DNA of 64,000 bases from an uncultured virus (IMG/VR IMGVR_UViG_3300017989_000063) (lineage: Duplodnaviria; Heunggongvirae; Uroviricota; Caudoviricetes), in IMG/VR virus record IMGVR_UViG_3300017989_000063; one strand, 5' to 3'. Of the stretch, positions 37,901 through 46,987 are shown in pieces. Numbering within the stretch: the stretch's first letter is position 1; each line of letters begins with the position of its first letter. The notes under the pieces were generated by a model. It did not search any database. It saw only the letters and a program-made list of their open reading frames with translations, and was not told the DNA's origin. Position numbers and translations under genes: made by a program.

Positions 37901-38467
37901 AACGCCACCGACGATGAGCTCGCACAGCTCACGGAGCCCATGTCCGTGGACCAGGCCGTTGACGTGTTGTCCATCCTGTACGGTGCTGCCTCCGTTCAGC
38001 CAGGGGCCGTGGACAGGTTCGTGCACGACTACACCGACCGGCCGGTGGCGAGCATGGTGGACATCCTCGGAGATCCGTGGCTCACCTACGACGTCGACCA
38101 GGACACAGGGGAGTTCACGGTAGGCTCGCTACTCACGGGGTCGTTCGCGGAGTCCGTCAACCGGGGGGAGTACGTGAGGTCCGCTCCGGGCGCTACCCAG
38201 ACGCCGGAGATGGAGGGCCTCTCCCTCGAGGGGTTCCACAGCCGATCCGTCTCTCCCATCCTCTCGGACACAGGGAACCTGGTGGGTCTTCTGCCGGGCG
38301 CGTCGGTGGTGCGAGATCGGAAATTGACGAAGGGCCGCAGGGATATTAGAATCCCAGGCAGACTGGACCCGAGGCCAGAGAAGCGAGAGAGGGTCGTGGC
38401 TTACGTGGAGCAGCTGGCAATCGGCTCCACGGGCATCAGGTCAGGTGCCAAGGGCCTGGAGGGGTGA
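34970..38467 (+). CDS. Putative baseplate hub protein (large)
   Basis: LFLEGIEVP-type N-terminus, LQCLD; synteny in the tail cluster. Confidence 0.5.
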   Translation: MTTDIHGKPLGLRMFLEGIEVPCIAVHIKIGMNGPAAADIEVVPTDKVMGLMPRTMVHVFYFDPESAPNARHENEQYRLLFMGEVISSNFIKTPQSRAAVLQCLDFSLYWDTAYQMMMDFGPQGNFFMGNASAFLGAKTNLFNSLGIGGDPTTVLSRLIQGQPQTPGLRDLPSGLLAGIIKIIESVGGVPSEFTGVNDFFTIGELRSRLLHQIGAAPSDRTPEYLLRRRAFNKFLRSELAGGGGLFSIRDIIKMMLRYIVHDVVPNPVAMYKGVSLNRVKENYTPLRDPRMLSTWKSIREALKLIKKAQQALRSTDSYMESIGRNPPQFEASNSALQTQSDNPRTKFKAYQNQRRSEHRINRGRQAILTPVTLALDARNFCYAAERELPTNAAAVVRKYLGQAEQILALNWDLFSAIGISSVIVSDGSTPVSVRSSSSRILFETNLNVSFDENFTPTKKTASQMATAVKDLDSRLKQVRGILQKARSALFSEARDVWEVEDARVPTQLFFPDIWFASPPVCNVVFPSDHLQLNFQRGMLREVSRLQLSSAMMLGGRVIRDRLLKTYYFAPAIEEFQRITKGCRWFMSSPTIMSHEIHTGIIPKLESISEVGRYVKRAQREITGRDTGSKINYIQRIANYNFFRHRYSARTVAFSGPKREKLVCGLPAAIIVQGVPNPKLIKEGEDSGGKTTLKTVPQTPVAAIEAIVNGGMRIENSPMNLMGKLVALGHSFTQQGGHTNGTLQFVRTHSDDDINMIQAMLGEQIQKAKTTGKKTYTLNVNTLVKNRDVKSLALLAAVTPQRKRDSQGQIESGAVPDKARLSVGSKDPLTGRKIISIRLQSRGQTKDGSAKLSSQRSLSRKPDGGGLIYFGGQLSDAPAGFPTMVDLDILEVAKNGTNDPWFWALLNSFDVATSATIIVETTTAVREDIVSTPFEERIRPYWMDTGTYHPKNIADEFYFPMLGCYPITDKLKIGLLVENATDDELAQLTEPMSVDQAVDVLSILYGAASVQPGAVDRFVHDYTDRPVASMVDILGDPWLTYDVDQDTGEFTVGSLLTGSFAESVNRGEYVRSAPGATQTPEMEGLSLEGFHSRSVSPILSDTGNLVGLLPGASVVRDRKLTKGRRDIRIPGRLDPRPEKRERVVAYVEQLAIGSTGIRSGAKGLEG

Positions 38468-38772
38468 TGGTCGATCACACAGCTGCTGCGTTCACCGACG
38501 AGCTGACGAAGCTGGCGCTGAAGCCGGCTCATGGTATCGGAGAGCAGGTTGGCCAGTCCATCCAGGAGGCCGGTCAGCGGGTCGGAGGTGCCCCGGGACG
38601 GGCCATCTCCCTGGCCGGCAAGTACTGGAAGCCCATCGCCATCTCGGCCGGCTCCATCTACGCCTACCGGCAGGGCCAGAAGGTGATGCAACGGGCCCGG
38701 GAGCTGAGCGCCTACAACAAGGCCCTGTCCGCGCAGAGGAAGCAGGAGAGGGCACAGCGGAGGTGGGTGTGA
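38464..38772 (+). CDS. Small protein with AFTDELTKLA motif (possible virion internal protein)
   Basis: Motif shared with the next gene. Confidence 0.65.
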   Translation: MMVDHTAAAFTDELTKLALKPAHGIGEQVGQSIQEAGQRVGGAPGRAISLAGKYWKPIAISAGSIYAYRQGQKVMQRARELSAYNKALSAQRKQERAQRRWV

Positions 38773-39254
38773 TGGGCTACTGGGGCTCCGTCTTCGAGAA
38801 GTTGAGTCAGCGGTCGGTCGATGTCACGAAGGGCTCCCCTCTCTACGACCTCGTGAAGAAGGAGCGCCAGCTCGGTCCTGCCACTGGCGACAACAGCGCT
38901 GGCCGTATCATGTACCTCCAGCTGAAGGCCAAGGGTGTCGTGCCAAACGATCCTCCCGTGACGGCGGAGCCGCTCTCTCGGTCCGTGGGCGGAGGCAGCT
39001 TCGGCGGCTACGATCCCGATGCCACGAAGACCTCGGCCGTGGCATTCACGGATGAGCTCCGGAAGATGGCGGCCGTGCCTGATACCCAGATGCAGCAGAA
39101 GCAGCTCAACGCCAACCGTCGGGTGGGCCGCTTCCTCGGCACCATCGATCATCAGAAGCTGTACGGTCCCGGCCCGAGCTACAAGATGCAGGCGGTGCTG
39201 CAGGGTGGCGGCCAGATCGACACCCCGGCATCGGTCAAGGGAGCCCTTTCTTGA
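38772..39254 (+). CDS. Hypothetical protein with AFTDELRKMA motif
   Basis: TGATG-coupled. Confidence 0.65.
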   Translation: MGYWGSVFEKLSQRSVDVTKGSPLYDLVKKERQLGPATGDNSAGRIMYLQLKAKGVVPNDPPVTAEPLSRSVGGGSFGGYDPDATKTSAVAFTDELRKMAAVPDTQMQQKQLNANRRVGRFLGTIDHQKLYGPGPSYKMQAVLQGGGQIDTPASVKGALS

Positions 39255-40003
39255 TCCATGGGTGGGCCGACTTCGAGAAGGTTGCTGCTGGGTCGCTGAA
39301 GAAGACCCAGCAGTTCGAGCTCAAGCAGTGGGAGAGGTGGAAGACCGGAGGCGAGAAGCCCGAGGACCTGAGACCTCTGCTGCGCTCCCTCAACCCCCTC
39401 GTCCAGAAGCGCATGTCCCAGTGGAAGAACCGGGTTCCGATTCCGCCGGCGGCGATGGAGGCCGAGTTCAAGAAGCACCTGCTGACTGGCCTGCGTACCT
39501 ACAACCCGGACCGTGGGGCGCAGCTCAGTACTCACGTCTATCACCAGATGCGTCGGGCTGACCGCTGGATCAAGACCCACCAGAACTTCGGCTACATCCC
39601 CGAGGAGCGCGTCGACAAGATCGGGCAGTTCCGCCTGGCGGAGCATGAGACGCAGCAGGAGATCGGGAGGCCTCCAACGACAGACGAGCTCGCGCAGAGG
39701 CTGAAGTGGTCTCCCGCCCAGGTCAGCCGGATGCAGCGAGAGCTGCGGGCCGACATCCCCGCCTCCGGTTTCTCTACCGACCCGGCCGCCAACCTCCCCA
39801 GCAAGGAGCGCGAGGCCCTTCGGCTTGTGCAGTGGGAGCTCACTCCAGAGGAGAAGATCGTCTTCGAGCACAGCACGGGGATGAATGGGAAGGAGCTCCT
39901 CACGCCCGGGCAGATCGCACAGAAGCTCAAAATGTCGCCGTCGAAGGTGTCCAGGCTCCGCAACGCCTACAGCAAGAAGCTGTCGAGGCTCCTGTATGGC
40001 TGA
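39251..40003 (+). CDS. Phage sigma70-family (FliA/SigF-like) sigma factor
   Basis: Region 2 YNPDRGAQLSTHV, region 3 EIGRPPTTDELAQRL, region 4 LTPEEK..TPGQIAQKLKMSPSKVSRL. Confidence 0.88.
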   Translation: MIHGWADFEKVAAGSLKKTQQFELKQWERWKTGGEKPEDLRPLLRSLNPLVQKRMSQWKNRVPIPPAAMEAEFKKHLLTGLRTYNPDRGAQLSTHVYHQMRRADRWIKTHQNFGYIPEERVDKIGQFRLAEHETQQEIGRPPTTDELAQRLKWSPAQVSRMQRELRADIPASGFSTDPAANLPSKEREALRLVQWELTPEEKIVFEHSTGMNGKELLTPGQIAQKLKMSPSKVSRLRNAYSKKLSRLLYG

Positions 40004-40223
40004 TGACGTACCCTACAGCGACATCCTGGACGACCTCGAGGAGGCGTTCAAAGAGATGAGTTCCCAGGAGAGGAAGCGGCTGGAGAGCGAGCGCGACTTC
40101 CTGAAGAAGGTCAGGGACGCCAGCGGGCTGTCGCAGTCGGCCGCCTCCAAGTTCAGCAGCCTCTTCATGGTGGACAAGGTCGAGCGGTTCTTCCAGGACA
40201 CAACTCCCTCCTCCTACAGTTAG
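39996..40223 (+). CDS. Small hypothetical protein
   Basis: Overlaps the sigma gene stop. Confidence 0.65.
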   Translation: MADDVPYSDILDDLEEAFKEMSSQERKRLESERDFLKKVRDASGLSQSAASKFSSLFMVDKVERFFQDTTPSSYS

Positions 40224-40287
40224 ATTCTTGACCCTGACAGCATTTTTTCCTAGAGTGTTCGGCAGACCATGACACGGAGGTAGGAAC

Positions 40288-40767
40288 ATGGCAGATCCGA
40301 AGACCGATCAGCAGAGCGAACCCCAGAACACCGCGCCGGAGGCCCCTCCGGACAACCAGTCTCCCGAGCCGAACGCCCAGGCCCCGGGGCAGCCCCAGGT
40401 CGCCGCCGCGATGCAGCCGCCACCGCCGGAGCTGAACCCCACCCAGGCCGACTTCTACAAGCTCATGGCCGCCCGGATGAAGATGCAGCTCGCGGCCAAC
40501 GCATTCTCGGAGCTGCAGCGCCAGGCCGGCGTCATCCGCAAGGAGATGGACGAGTCCCGGGAGAAGCTGACCGCCATCGAGAACGACCTGCAGGCCAAGC
40601 TGGAGAGCCCCATCCCGCTGCGGATCTACCAGCTCGACGAGAAGAACGAGAAGCTGTTCCTGGACCCCCAGATCCTGGGCCAGATGGGCGCCGCAGTTCC
40701 GGGGATGCAGCCGGGCGCGCCGCGCCCCAAGCCGACCCCGGTGCCGCCGGCAGCCAACGAGGGGTGA
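40288..40767 (+). CDS. Coiled-coil hypothetical protein
   Basis: GGAGG RBS; sigma70-type promoter at 40228. Confidence 0.75.
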   Translation: MADPKTDQQSEPQNTAPEAPPDNQSPEPNAQAPGQPQVAAAMQPPPPELNPTQADFYKLMAARMKMQLAANAFSELQRQAGVIRKEMDESREKLTAIENDLQAKLESPIPLRIYQLDEKNEKLFLDPQILGQMGAAVPGMQPGAPRPKPTPVPPAANEG

Positions 40768-40770
40768 CCC

Positions 40771-41802
40771 ATGGCCTTCGTCTCCAGGGTGGCCGAGAGC
40801 TACGCCAACTCGAGCGAGTTCTACGCTGACGGCGTGAACGGGCTGCACGCCCTTCTGCTCGCCGCCGGGTGGACCGTCCACGACGAGCTGGACGCCACCC
40901 CGGGGTCGGAGGACCGGGTCTACCTCGCGCTCGGCGAGGACGGGACGGAGAAGCTCTACCTTCGGGTGACACACAACCTGATCGCAGAGCGGCTCTACTT
41001 CCGGGCCTACGGCTTCTGGGACGAGGTCAACCACACCGGCTACTTCGAGATCGGGGACGACGCGGGCGCGACGGCCATCCAGCTCGGCGTGACCATGACG
41101 GGCTGGATGGCCGTCGATCGTGACGGCATCATCCTCGTAGCCAAGGTGGGCTCGGACTACCACAAGTTCTTCGCCCGGCGGCTCGTCCGCAACGACCCCT
41201 ACGGCCAGCGCGGGCGCACGACCCTCGCTGCCCAGAAGCCTGGCTACAACCAGGCCGGCGACAACAAGCTCTTCCTCGACTCCGCGGCAGCGTTCACCGA
41301 GTTCGGGCCTGGATACGTCTGGGTCGTCAACCAGAAGATCGACAGCGGTGTCAACGCCGAGCTCGTCGAGGTCCTTTCGGTGGATGCTGTCAACAGAGCA
41401 TTCGTCCTCAACGCCGCCCTGGTCAACAGCTACGACTTCGGCGCCCTGGTCGCACAGAACCCCGTCCCGCTGGTGTTGGTGGGCGACTTGGCCGGCGTGC
41501 TCGAGGCCGCGGAGGCCTACAGCTTCTACGATCCGGGATCGTTCGGCTCGTCGGTGGTGACGATGCCCAATCTACTGGGTAGCATCCTGTCGGCCGCGGA
41601 CGACTACGGAAACCTCCCCAGCAGCCCACTCGTCTTCTCCAGTGATGAACCCGGGCAGCGCAACGTGAAGGGCTCCAGCGGGGACTTCTTCGTGGAGGTG
41701 CCCTGGGCGTCGGTGTCTGATGAAGATACCGTCGAGCTGATGGGCAACAACTACGTCATCTTCCGGGAGCCCAGCAGGGCGTTCGCCCTCAAGGTGTCGT
41801 GA
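40771..41802 (+). CDS. Putative virion structural protein
   Basis: Beta-rich; L.AAGWTV N-terminus; tail context. Confidence 0.6.
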   Translation: MAFVSRVAESYANSSEFYADGVNGLHALLLAAGWTVHDELDATPGSEDRVYLALGEDGTEKLYLRVTHNLIAERLYFRAYGFWDEVNHTGYFEIGDDAGATAIQLGVTMTGWMAVDRDGIILVAKVGSDYHKFFARRLVRNDPYGQRGRTTLAAQKPGYNQAGDNKLFLDSAAAFTEFGPGYVWVVNQKIDSGVNAELVEVLSVDAVNRAFVLNAALVNSYDFGALVAQNPVPLVLVGDLAGVLEAAEAYSFYDPGSFGSSVVTMPNLLGSILSAADDYGNLPSSPLVFSSDEPGQRNVKGSSGDFFVEVPWASVSDEDTVELMGNNYVIFREPSRAFALKVS

Positions 41803-42200
41803 TGGCCTCCTGGGCTGGATTCACCATCACCCCTCTTGTCAGCCTGGGGACGCCGGCGTACCTCGTCGGTGAGGGGATGTGCCTGCTCTACGTCCGGTTG
41901 TCGGACATGGAGGGCCGTCCGATCGTTGGACAGCGGATCTTGTTCTACGAGCCGCCCAACACGGCCATCGAGGGACCGATCGTAGAGATCGAGACCGGAG
42001 CTGACGGACGGGCCGAGGTGGAGCTGCTGCGTGGACGAGAGGTGGAGGTGGCGTTCCTCGGGACGTCGTTCATCCGCAGGATCATCGTTCCCGACCAGGA
42101 GGCGGCGGACATTCTCGAGGTGGCCAATCTGTCTGTCTTCGACGCCTTCGCCGTCGTGAAGCTCGATCCCATTCCGGCGATCCGAAGGAGCATCCCGTAA
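41802..42200 (+). CDS. Ig/prealbumin-like structural protein
   Basis: DMEGRPI..ETGADGRAEVELLRG. Confidence 0.6.
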   Translation: MASWAGFTITPLVSLGTPAYLVGEGMCLLYVRLSDMEGRPIVGQRILFYEPPNTAIEGPIVEIETGADGRAEVELLRGREVEVAFLGTSFIRRIIVPDQEAADILEVANLSVFDAFAVVKLDPIPAIRRSIP

Positions 42201-43129
42201 TGGCGCTGCAGACCGTCAACGTCTTCGTCGAGGACAACCAGGTCATCCCACAGCCCATCGAGGATGTGACCGTCCGCGTCTTCATGATGGACGACGTCAC
42301 CATCGTGACCGAGGGTCTGACGGACGCGGCGGGGCAGGTGTCGTTCACCCTGGACGATGTCAACCCGAGCTACTTGCTGCGGTACTACAAGTTCGGGGTG
42401 GCGATCCCGCAGCCGCAGCAGATCAATCTCACGGGGGCGGCGCCGTTCGACTTCGAGACTGTGGGGGAGAGGTTCACGCACCCGGTGGCCACCGACCCGT
42501 TGATGTGTCGCGTCAGCGGTTACCTGCGAGACCAGTTCGGCAACGCCGTCGACGGGCGCAGCATTACAGTGAGGCCTGTGAGAGACCCTGCTATCAGCGG
42601 ACTCAACCCCTCGACTCCCATCGTTGGCGAGGACTACGTCACCACCGTGGACGACGGCTACGTCGTGTTCGACGTCTACAAGGACGGCCTCTACGATGTA
42701 CTGGCGCCTGGGTGGATCGACGAGGTCCTCCGCTGTGAGGTACCGGCCGACAGGGACTGGATGGACATCGCCGACTTCCTCTTGCCCACCGCGGTGCTCG
42801 TTGAGTTCTCGGACACCCCACCTCTGGTCATCCCCATCAACGGGACGGGGACAGCGAACCCCATCGTGAAGCTGAGCAACGGCATGTGGCTCCACGAGTC
42901 CCAGGTGTACGACAGGGCTCTGGTCGAGTACTCTTCCTCCGACGATGGTGTGATGACGGTCGACATGCCCAGCAACCGGACGGGGGTCACACAGGTGGTC
43001 ATGGCAGGGGTCGGACTGGGGGTCGCACAGCTCCAGGCCGAGATCGTGGAGCCGGAGCGCTTCTTCGCCAGGCGCGTGCCGGAGGCGCCGACCTCCTCGA
43101 CACCTCTGGACGTGGTCGTGGTGTCGTGA
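42200..43129 (+). CDS. Tandem prealbumin/Ig-like structural protein
   Basis: TDAAGQVSFTL; CRVSGYLRDQFGN..DDGYVVFDV. Confidence 0.6.
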   Translation: MALQTVNVFVEDNQVIPQPIEDVTVRVFMMDDVTIVTEGLTDAAGQVSFTLDDVNPSYLLRYYKFGVAIPQPQQINLTGAAPFDFETVGERFTHPVATDPLMCRVSGYLRDQFGNAVDGRSITVRPVRDPAISGLNPSTPIVGEDYVTTVDDGYVVFDVYKDGLYDVLAPGWIDEVLRCEVPADRDWMDIADFLLPTAVLVEFSDTPPLVIPINGTGTANPIVKLSNGMWLHESQVYDRALVEYSSSDDGVMTVDMPSNRTGVTQVVMAGVGLGVAQLQAEIVEPERFFARRVPEAPTSSTPLDVVVVS

Positions 43130-45919
43130 GTGGCCTTCACGGACGAGCAGCTGCTTAGGGCAGCGGAGTCGGTTCTCTCACGGGCTCGAGGCAACTACCG
43201 AGATAGCAACGGACAGCTCAGCGACGAGGAGCGCTTCGAGAGAACGGTAGGCTCCCTCCTCCCCCTCTTCCTCGTCTACCCCAAGATGATCTATGCCCTG
43301 GCGGTGAGAGCTAGGAACAAGCTCTTGACCTCTACCAGAGACATCGCCAGCACCGTGGACGAGGTCATCCGGTCGATCCCCGACATGGGGAACAAGAAGA
43401 CGGAGTTCGACGAGGATAGTCTTCGGAAGGCGGCAGAGACGGCAGCCAGGATGGACAGCACTGCCGGCGCCGGCAACGTCGACTTCAAGTCCCAGACGAG
43501 CGTGCTGTCCGGTCACCTGACTCGCTTCCTCAATGCAGCCAGGAAGTCCAACCGGGCCTCGAGTCCTGATGCGGCCGCGGCCGCGGTCACTGGCCCTCTT
43601 CCAGGAGTGGCAACCGACCTTGAGGTGCTCTTCGACGACCTCAACTACTTGCTGCGTGTTGGAGAACAGCTCGACTTCGTGGACGTCCGACAGCGAGCCG
43701 CGACGTACATCATCCAAAACATGAGACGCCTGTCGGAATCGGCCCTCGAGGCCGTCGAGGCGGAGGACGCGCAGGAGAGAACCGAGGACATCATCTCGGA
43801 CGTGTTCGCTGTTCAGTCCGCCGCCTCCATGCTGTCCGGGTACGAGAGCCCCGACGAGAGGTACGTCAAGTCGCCTCCGGTGATCGCTGACACTCGCCAG
43901 AGGGTCAAGGCCGTGCCGAAGAACACCGACTACATCGCCAGGCCGGTGGGAGATGTGGAGCTCCCTCGCTTCGTGATCAAGAGCGGGGCTCCTTACTTCA
44001 TCGAGAACCTGGCGCTGGGGGTGGACCACTACCTGCGCCTACGCTACGTCGACCGACAGTCTGGAGAGGACGTCACCGAGTCGTGCCTCGTCCCAGAGAC
44101 GGAGCCCATCAACGGAGCATTCTTCGCCGACGGCCGCAAGATCGTGTCCGAACGAGACATCGATCCGAACACCATCCTCCCTGTGGGGCTCGTCCTTCTG
44201 GTCAGGGTCACGTTCGGAGCATCAGAGGTCACCGTCGTCCACAACGTGCCTGGAGGCATGACCGTGGACGCAGCTCTTCCTGGCATCGTTGTCGCGTTCG
44301 CATTCGCCGCCCACTGGCACCTCGGACTGGACACGTACCAGAGACCCGCCCTCGTTGCCTATCCCGGCATCGACAAGATCGAGATCGTGGACGACTACAT
44401 CGACATGTCTGGCGTCCAGTACACGAACACAGCAGCCAGGTACTTCGGGTGGGAGTCCGGACAGAGGGATCGAAGGACCTACACGGCCGAGGAGCTCGCG
44501 TTCTGCATCAACTCCCAGATGACCAACTGGCAGGCGTCTGTGGGAGGCGGATGGGAGAACTACCGGCCCGAGCGGCAGTACTTCCTCGAGCAGGTCGTGG
44601 AGATAGATCCGACCGCCAGCCTGGAGCAGCTCGGGGAGTTCGCTCCAGAGGGTGGTGAGGTACAGGCGACGTTCGAGGGCTTCAGCGGAATCGTCAGGTT
44701 GAACAGACGCCTGCCCAACGAGGCCACCGGCTACATCCTGCGGGTCCTGGAGGGACCAGCTCTGGGAAGCTACCAGCTCCGAACACCGCTCGATGGAGGA
44801 GACAGTTCATTCCGGTGGACACTCCGCGATCGGTTCGGGGACAGCGACGCTCCTGCGGACACCGTGACTGTGAATGCAATCCTCGACTCTCAGCACGTCG
44901 TCATTGACCTGCAGGGAGATCACTCGCACCAGACGGAGGCGTTTGCCGAGTTCGATCCGGACGCACCACTCGAGGACCTGCTACCGATAGGGGACCAGTC
45001 CCTCTCCTATCGAGACGAGATCGAGTTCGTCGGCACCCGTCCGGACGCCAAGGGCGACTGGAGGTTCGACTTCGCTCGCGCTGGCGTGGAGAGGGGGGAC
45101 GTCCTCAAGCTGCTGCCTAGATTCCTGGGTCAGACCGTGACGGTCGAGGGAAATCTCATCGACTCGGTGATCGACTCCGATAGATCCTGGGGGAACCTGC
45201 AGGACTCGGTGGGGACGGGCCGCAGGCTGAAGCTCAACACGAAGATTCCTGGAGTCTTCTTCGTCCCTCCGGACTCATGGGAGACGTCCGAGCTGATGGA
45301 CGGCGAGATCCGCACCTACTTCCAGTACTGGGAGCGGGAAATGCTCTCCACGATGAGGCGCTTCAGGAACGAGTGGCTCAAGGGAATCTACCTCGTTCGG
45401 TGGTACCCTCTCCTCGACGCCGGCGCCCTCCCAGACGAGGTGGCCAACATCCTGGGCCGTATCCAATCCAGGAACGCCAAGGTGGTTCTGGCTCGAGACC
45501 TGGCCATGCTCGAGCTGAGCCTGGTTGGGGAGATCTCTGACGACGCCCTGCTGGCGTTGAGGAAGATGGGGATCGACATCTCCCTGCCGGAGGCTTCCAC
45601 CCCACTCGTGGACGTGCTCAACGCCTACGCCCCGAACATGGAGGGTTCCGATGCAGCGTCGGCAGCAGCAGGAGCTCTCTCCACCCTGGAGGAAGCTGGC
45701 TACGACCGGGCCGCGGACTTGCTGTCGTCGTTGAAGCTGCCGGAGTTCCTCGCACTCGAGGAGCCGCAGGCGTCCTACGAGAGGAACATGCAGAACGCCG
45801 CCCTCCGCGTGATGGGGCACATCCCTTACACGGAGGACTCACTCGCAGAGCCAGACACCAGGACGAGTCTGGACGTCAGCGAGGATCAGAGCACCGAGGG
45901 CGACGAGGTAGAGGTGTAG
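43130..45919 (+). CDS. Large virion/baseplate-region protein
   Basis: 929-aa ORF in the structural operon. Confidence 0.6.
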   Translation: MAFTDEQLLRAAESVLSRARGNYRDSNGQLSDEERFERTVGSLLPLFLVYPKMIYALAVRARNKLLTSTRDIASTVDEVIRSIPDMGNKKTEFDEDSLRKAAETAARMDSTAGAGNVDFKSQTSVLSGHLTRFLNAARKSNRASSPDAAAAAVTGPLPGVATDLEVLFDDLNYLLRVGEQLDFVDVRQRAATYIIQNMRRLSESALEAVEAEDAQERTEDIISDVFAVQSAASMLSGYESPDERYVKSPPVIADTRQRVKAVPKNTDYIARPVGDVELPRFVIKSGAPYFIENLALGVDHYLRLRYVDRQSGEDVTESCLVPETEPINGAFFADGRKIVSERDIDPNTILPVGLVLLVRVTFGASEVTVVHNVPGGMTVDAALPGIVVAFAFAAHWHLGLDTYQRPALVAYPGIDKIEIVDDYIDMSGVQYTNTAARYFGWESGQRDRRTYTAEELAFCINSQMTNWQASVGGGWENYRPERQYFLEQVVEIDPTASLEQLGEFAPEGGEVQATFEGFSGIVRLNRRLPNEATGYILRVLEGPALGSYQLRTPLDGGDSSFRWTLRDRFGDSDAPADTVTVNAILDSQHVVIDLQGDHSHQTEAFAEFDPDAPLEDLLPIGDQSLSYRDEIEFVGTRPDAKGDWRFDFARAGVERGDVLKLLPRFLGQTVTVEGNLIDSVIDSDRSWGNLQDSVGTGRRLKLNTKIPGVFFVPPDSWETSELMDGEIRTYFQYWEREMLSTMRRFRNEWLKGIYLVRWYPLLDAGALPDEVANILGRIQSRNAKVVLARDLAMLELSLVGEISDDALLALRKMGIDISLPEASTPLVDVLNAYAPNMEGSDAASAAAGALSTLEEAGYDRAADLLSSLKLPEFLALEEPQASYERNMQNAALRVMGHIPYTEDSLAEPDTRTSLDVSEDQSTEGDEVEV

Positions 45920-45920
45920 G

Positions 45921-46334
45921 ATGGCAGACCCATCTGCTCCCAGCACTGACACTCCCAAGAACCTGGATGAGCTCGCTCTCCAGAAGAGAGCCCAGGAGCT
46001 GCGTGTCCGCCTCTTCGACATCTTGGAGTTCACCAGGAGCACGCAGCTGCGGAACCGGGTGGCAGCTCTCACCTTCGGGGACATGATCCAGGAGGCTATC
46101 GAGGCCATCGACTCCGACGAGCGTCCTGATGATGCAGAGAGGCTGCCCTTCGAGGTCCAGACTCCAGGAAAGTTGCAAGATCTGTCCGAGCTTGAGAGTA
46201 TTGCGGACGAGACGTTCAAGGGAGTCAGGGCGTTGCTGAAGGATCCGCTGTACGGCGACCTCGAGAAGGATGATGACATCACCGTCCAGGAGGGCGGTGA
46301 ATTCTCTGCGGGCTTCACCAGTGAGGAGGGCTGA
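45921..46334 (+). CDS. Acidic hypothetical protein
   Basis: Operonic ORF. Confidence 0.7.
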   Translation: MADPSAPSTDTPKNLDELALQKRAQELRVRLFDILEFTRSTQLRNRVAALTFGDMIQEAIEAIDSDERPDDAERLPFEVQTPGKLQDLSELESIADETFKGVRALLKDPLYGDLEKDDDITVQEGGEFSAGFTSEEG

Positions 46335-46987
46335 TGGACATCCAGTTCGTCCAGTACCTCGACCTGCTGCCGTTCAAGCAGGTGATCGCTCTGCCCAACG
46401 CGCCGGTACCTACGCTGGACGTCTACGGCAACGACTTCTCCTCGGTGTCCACTGTCTACGTCAACGGGATCGAGTCTCCCTCGGTTGTGGCGGTCAGCAA
46501 GAGCCGTCTATGGGTGCAGGTACCTGACTCGATGCGCGGGTCGAAGATCTCCGACCTGGCGGTCTACAGCAACGGGGTCATCGCCACGGAGAGGTCGAAG
46601 ATCGTCTACAGCCTACGAGGCAGGAAGTCCACCCGAGGCATCACGAAGCTCATCCAGTACTTCGTGAAGCTGCTCGTCCAGAAGAAGGGCCGAGACGTCT
46701 ACGACGGGGGAGTGGGTGGAGGCCTGAACGCCATGATCGGCAGGCCGATACAGCACAATGCCAGGAACCGATTCGAGAGCGTGCTCTTCGGCCAGATCAA
46801 CAGCGTGGCGGCCTACATCAGGGGTGTCCAGCAGAGCAACGGGCGTGTGCCCTTGGACGAGCGGCTGCTCGCTGCTACTATCCAAGGCATCGGCTACTCC
46901 CCGGATACAGGGAGCGCCAGTGCCCGGGTGTTGATACGAAGCGAGGCCGGGGGAGCGGGTCTCGCCGGGCTGACGACGGAGGCCTAG
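46334..46987 (+). CDS. Baseplate wedge gp25/gpW-like protein with an N-terminal Ig-like domain
   Basis: GITKLIQYFVKLL..G.D..GGGL..DERLL; directly precedes the gpJ-like gene. Confidence 0.6.
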   Translation: MDIQFVQYLDLLPFKQVIALPNAPVPTLDVYGNDFSSVSTVYVNGIESPSVVAVSKSRLWVQVPDSMRGSKISDLAVYSNGVIATERSKIVYSLRGRKSTRGITKLIQYFVKLLVQKKGRDVYDGGVGGGLNAMIGRPIQHNARNRFESVLFGQINSVAAYIRGVQQSNGRVPLDERLLAATIQGIGYSPDTGSASARVLIRSEAGGAGLAGLTTEA

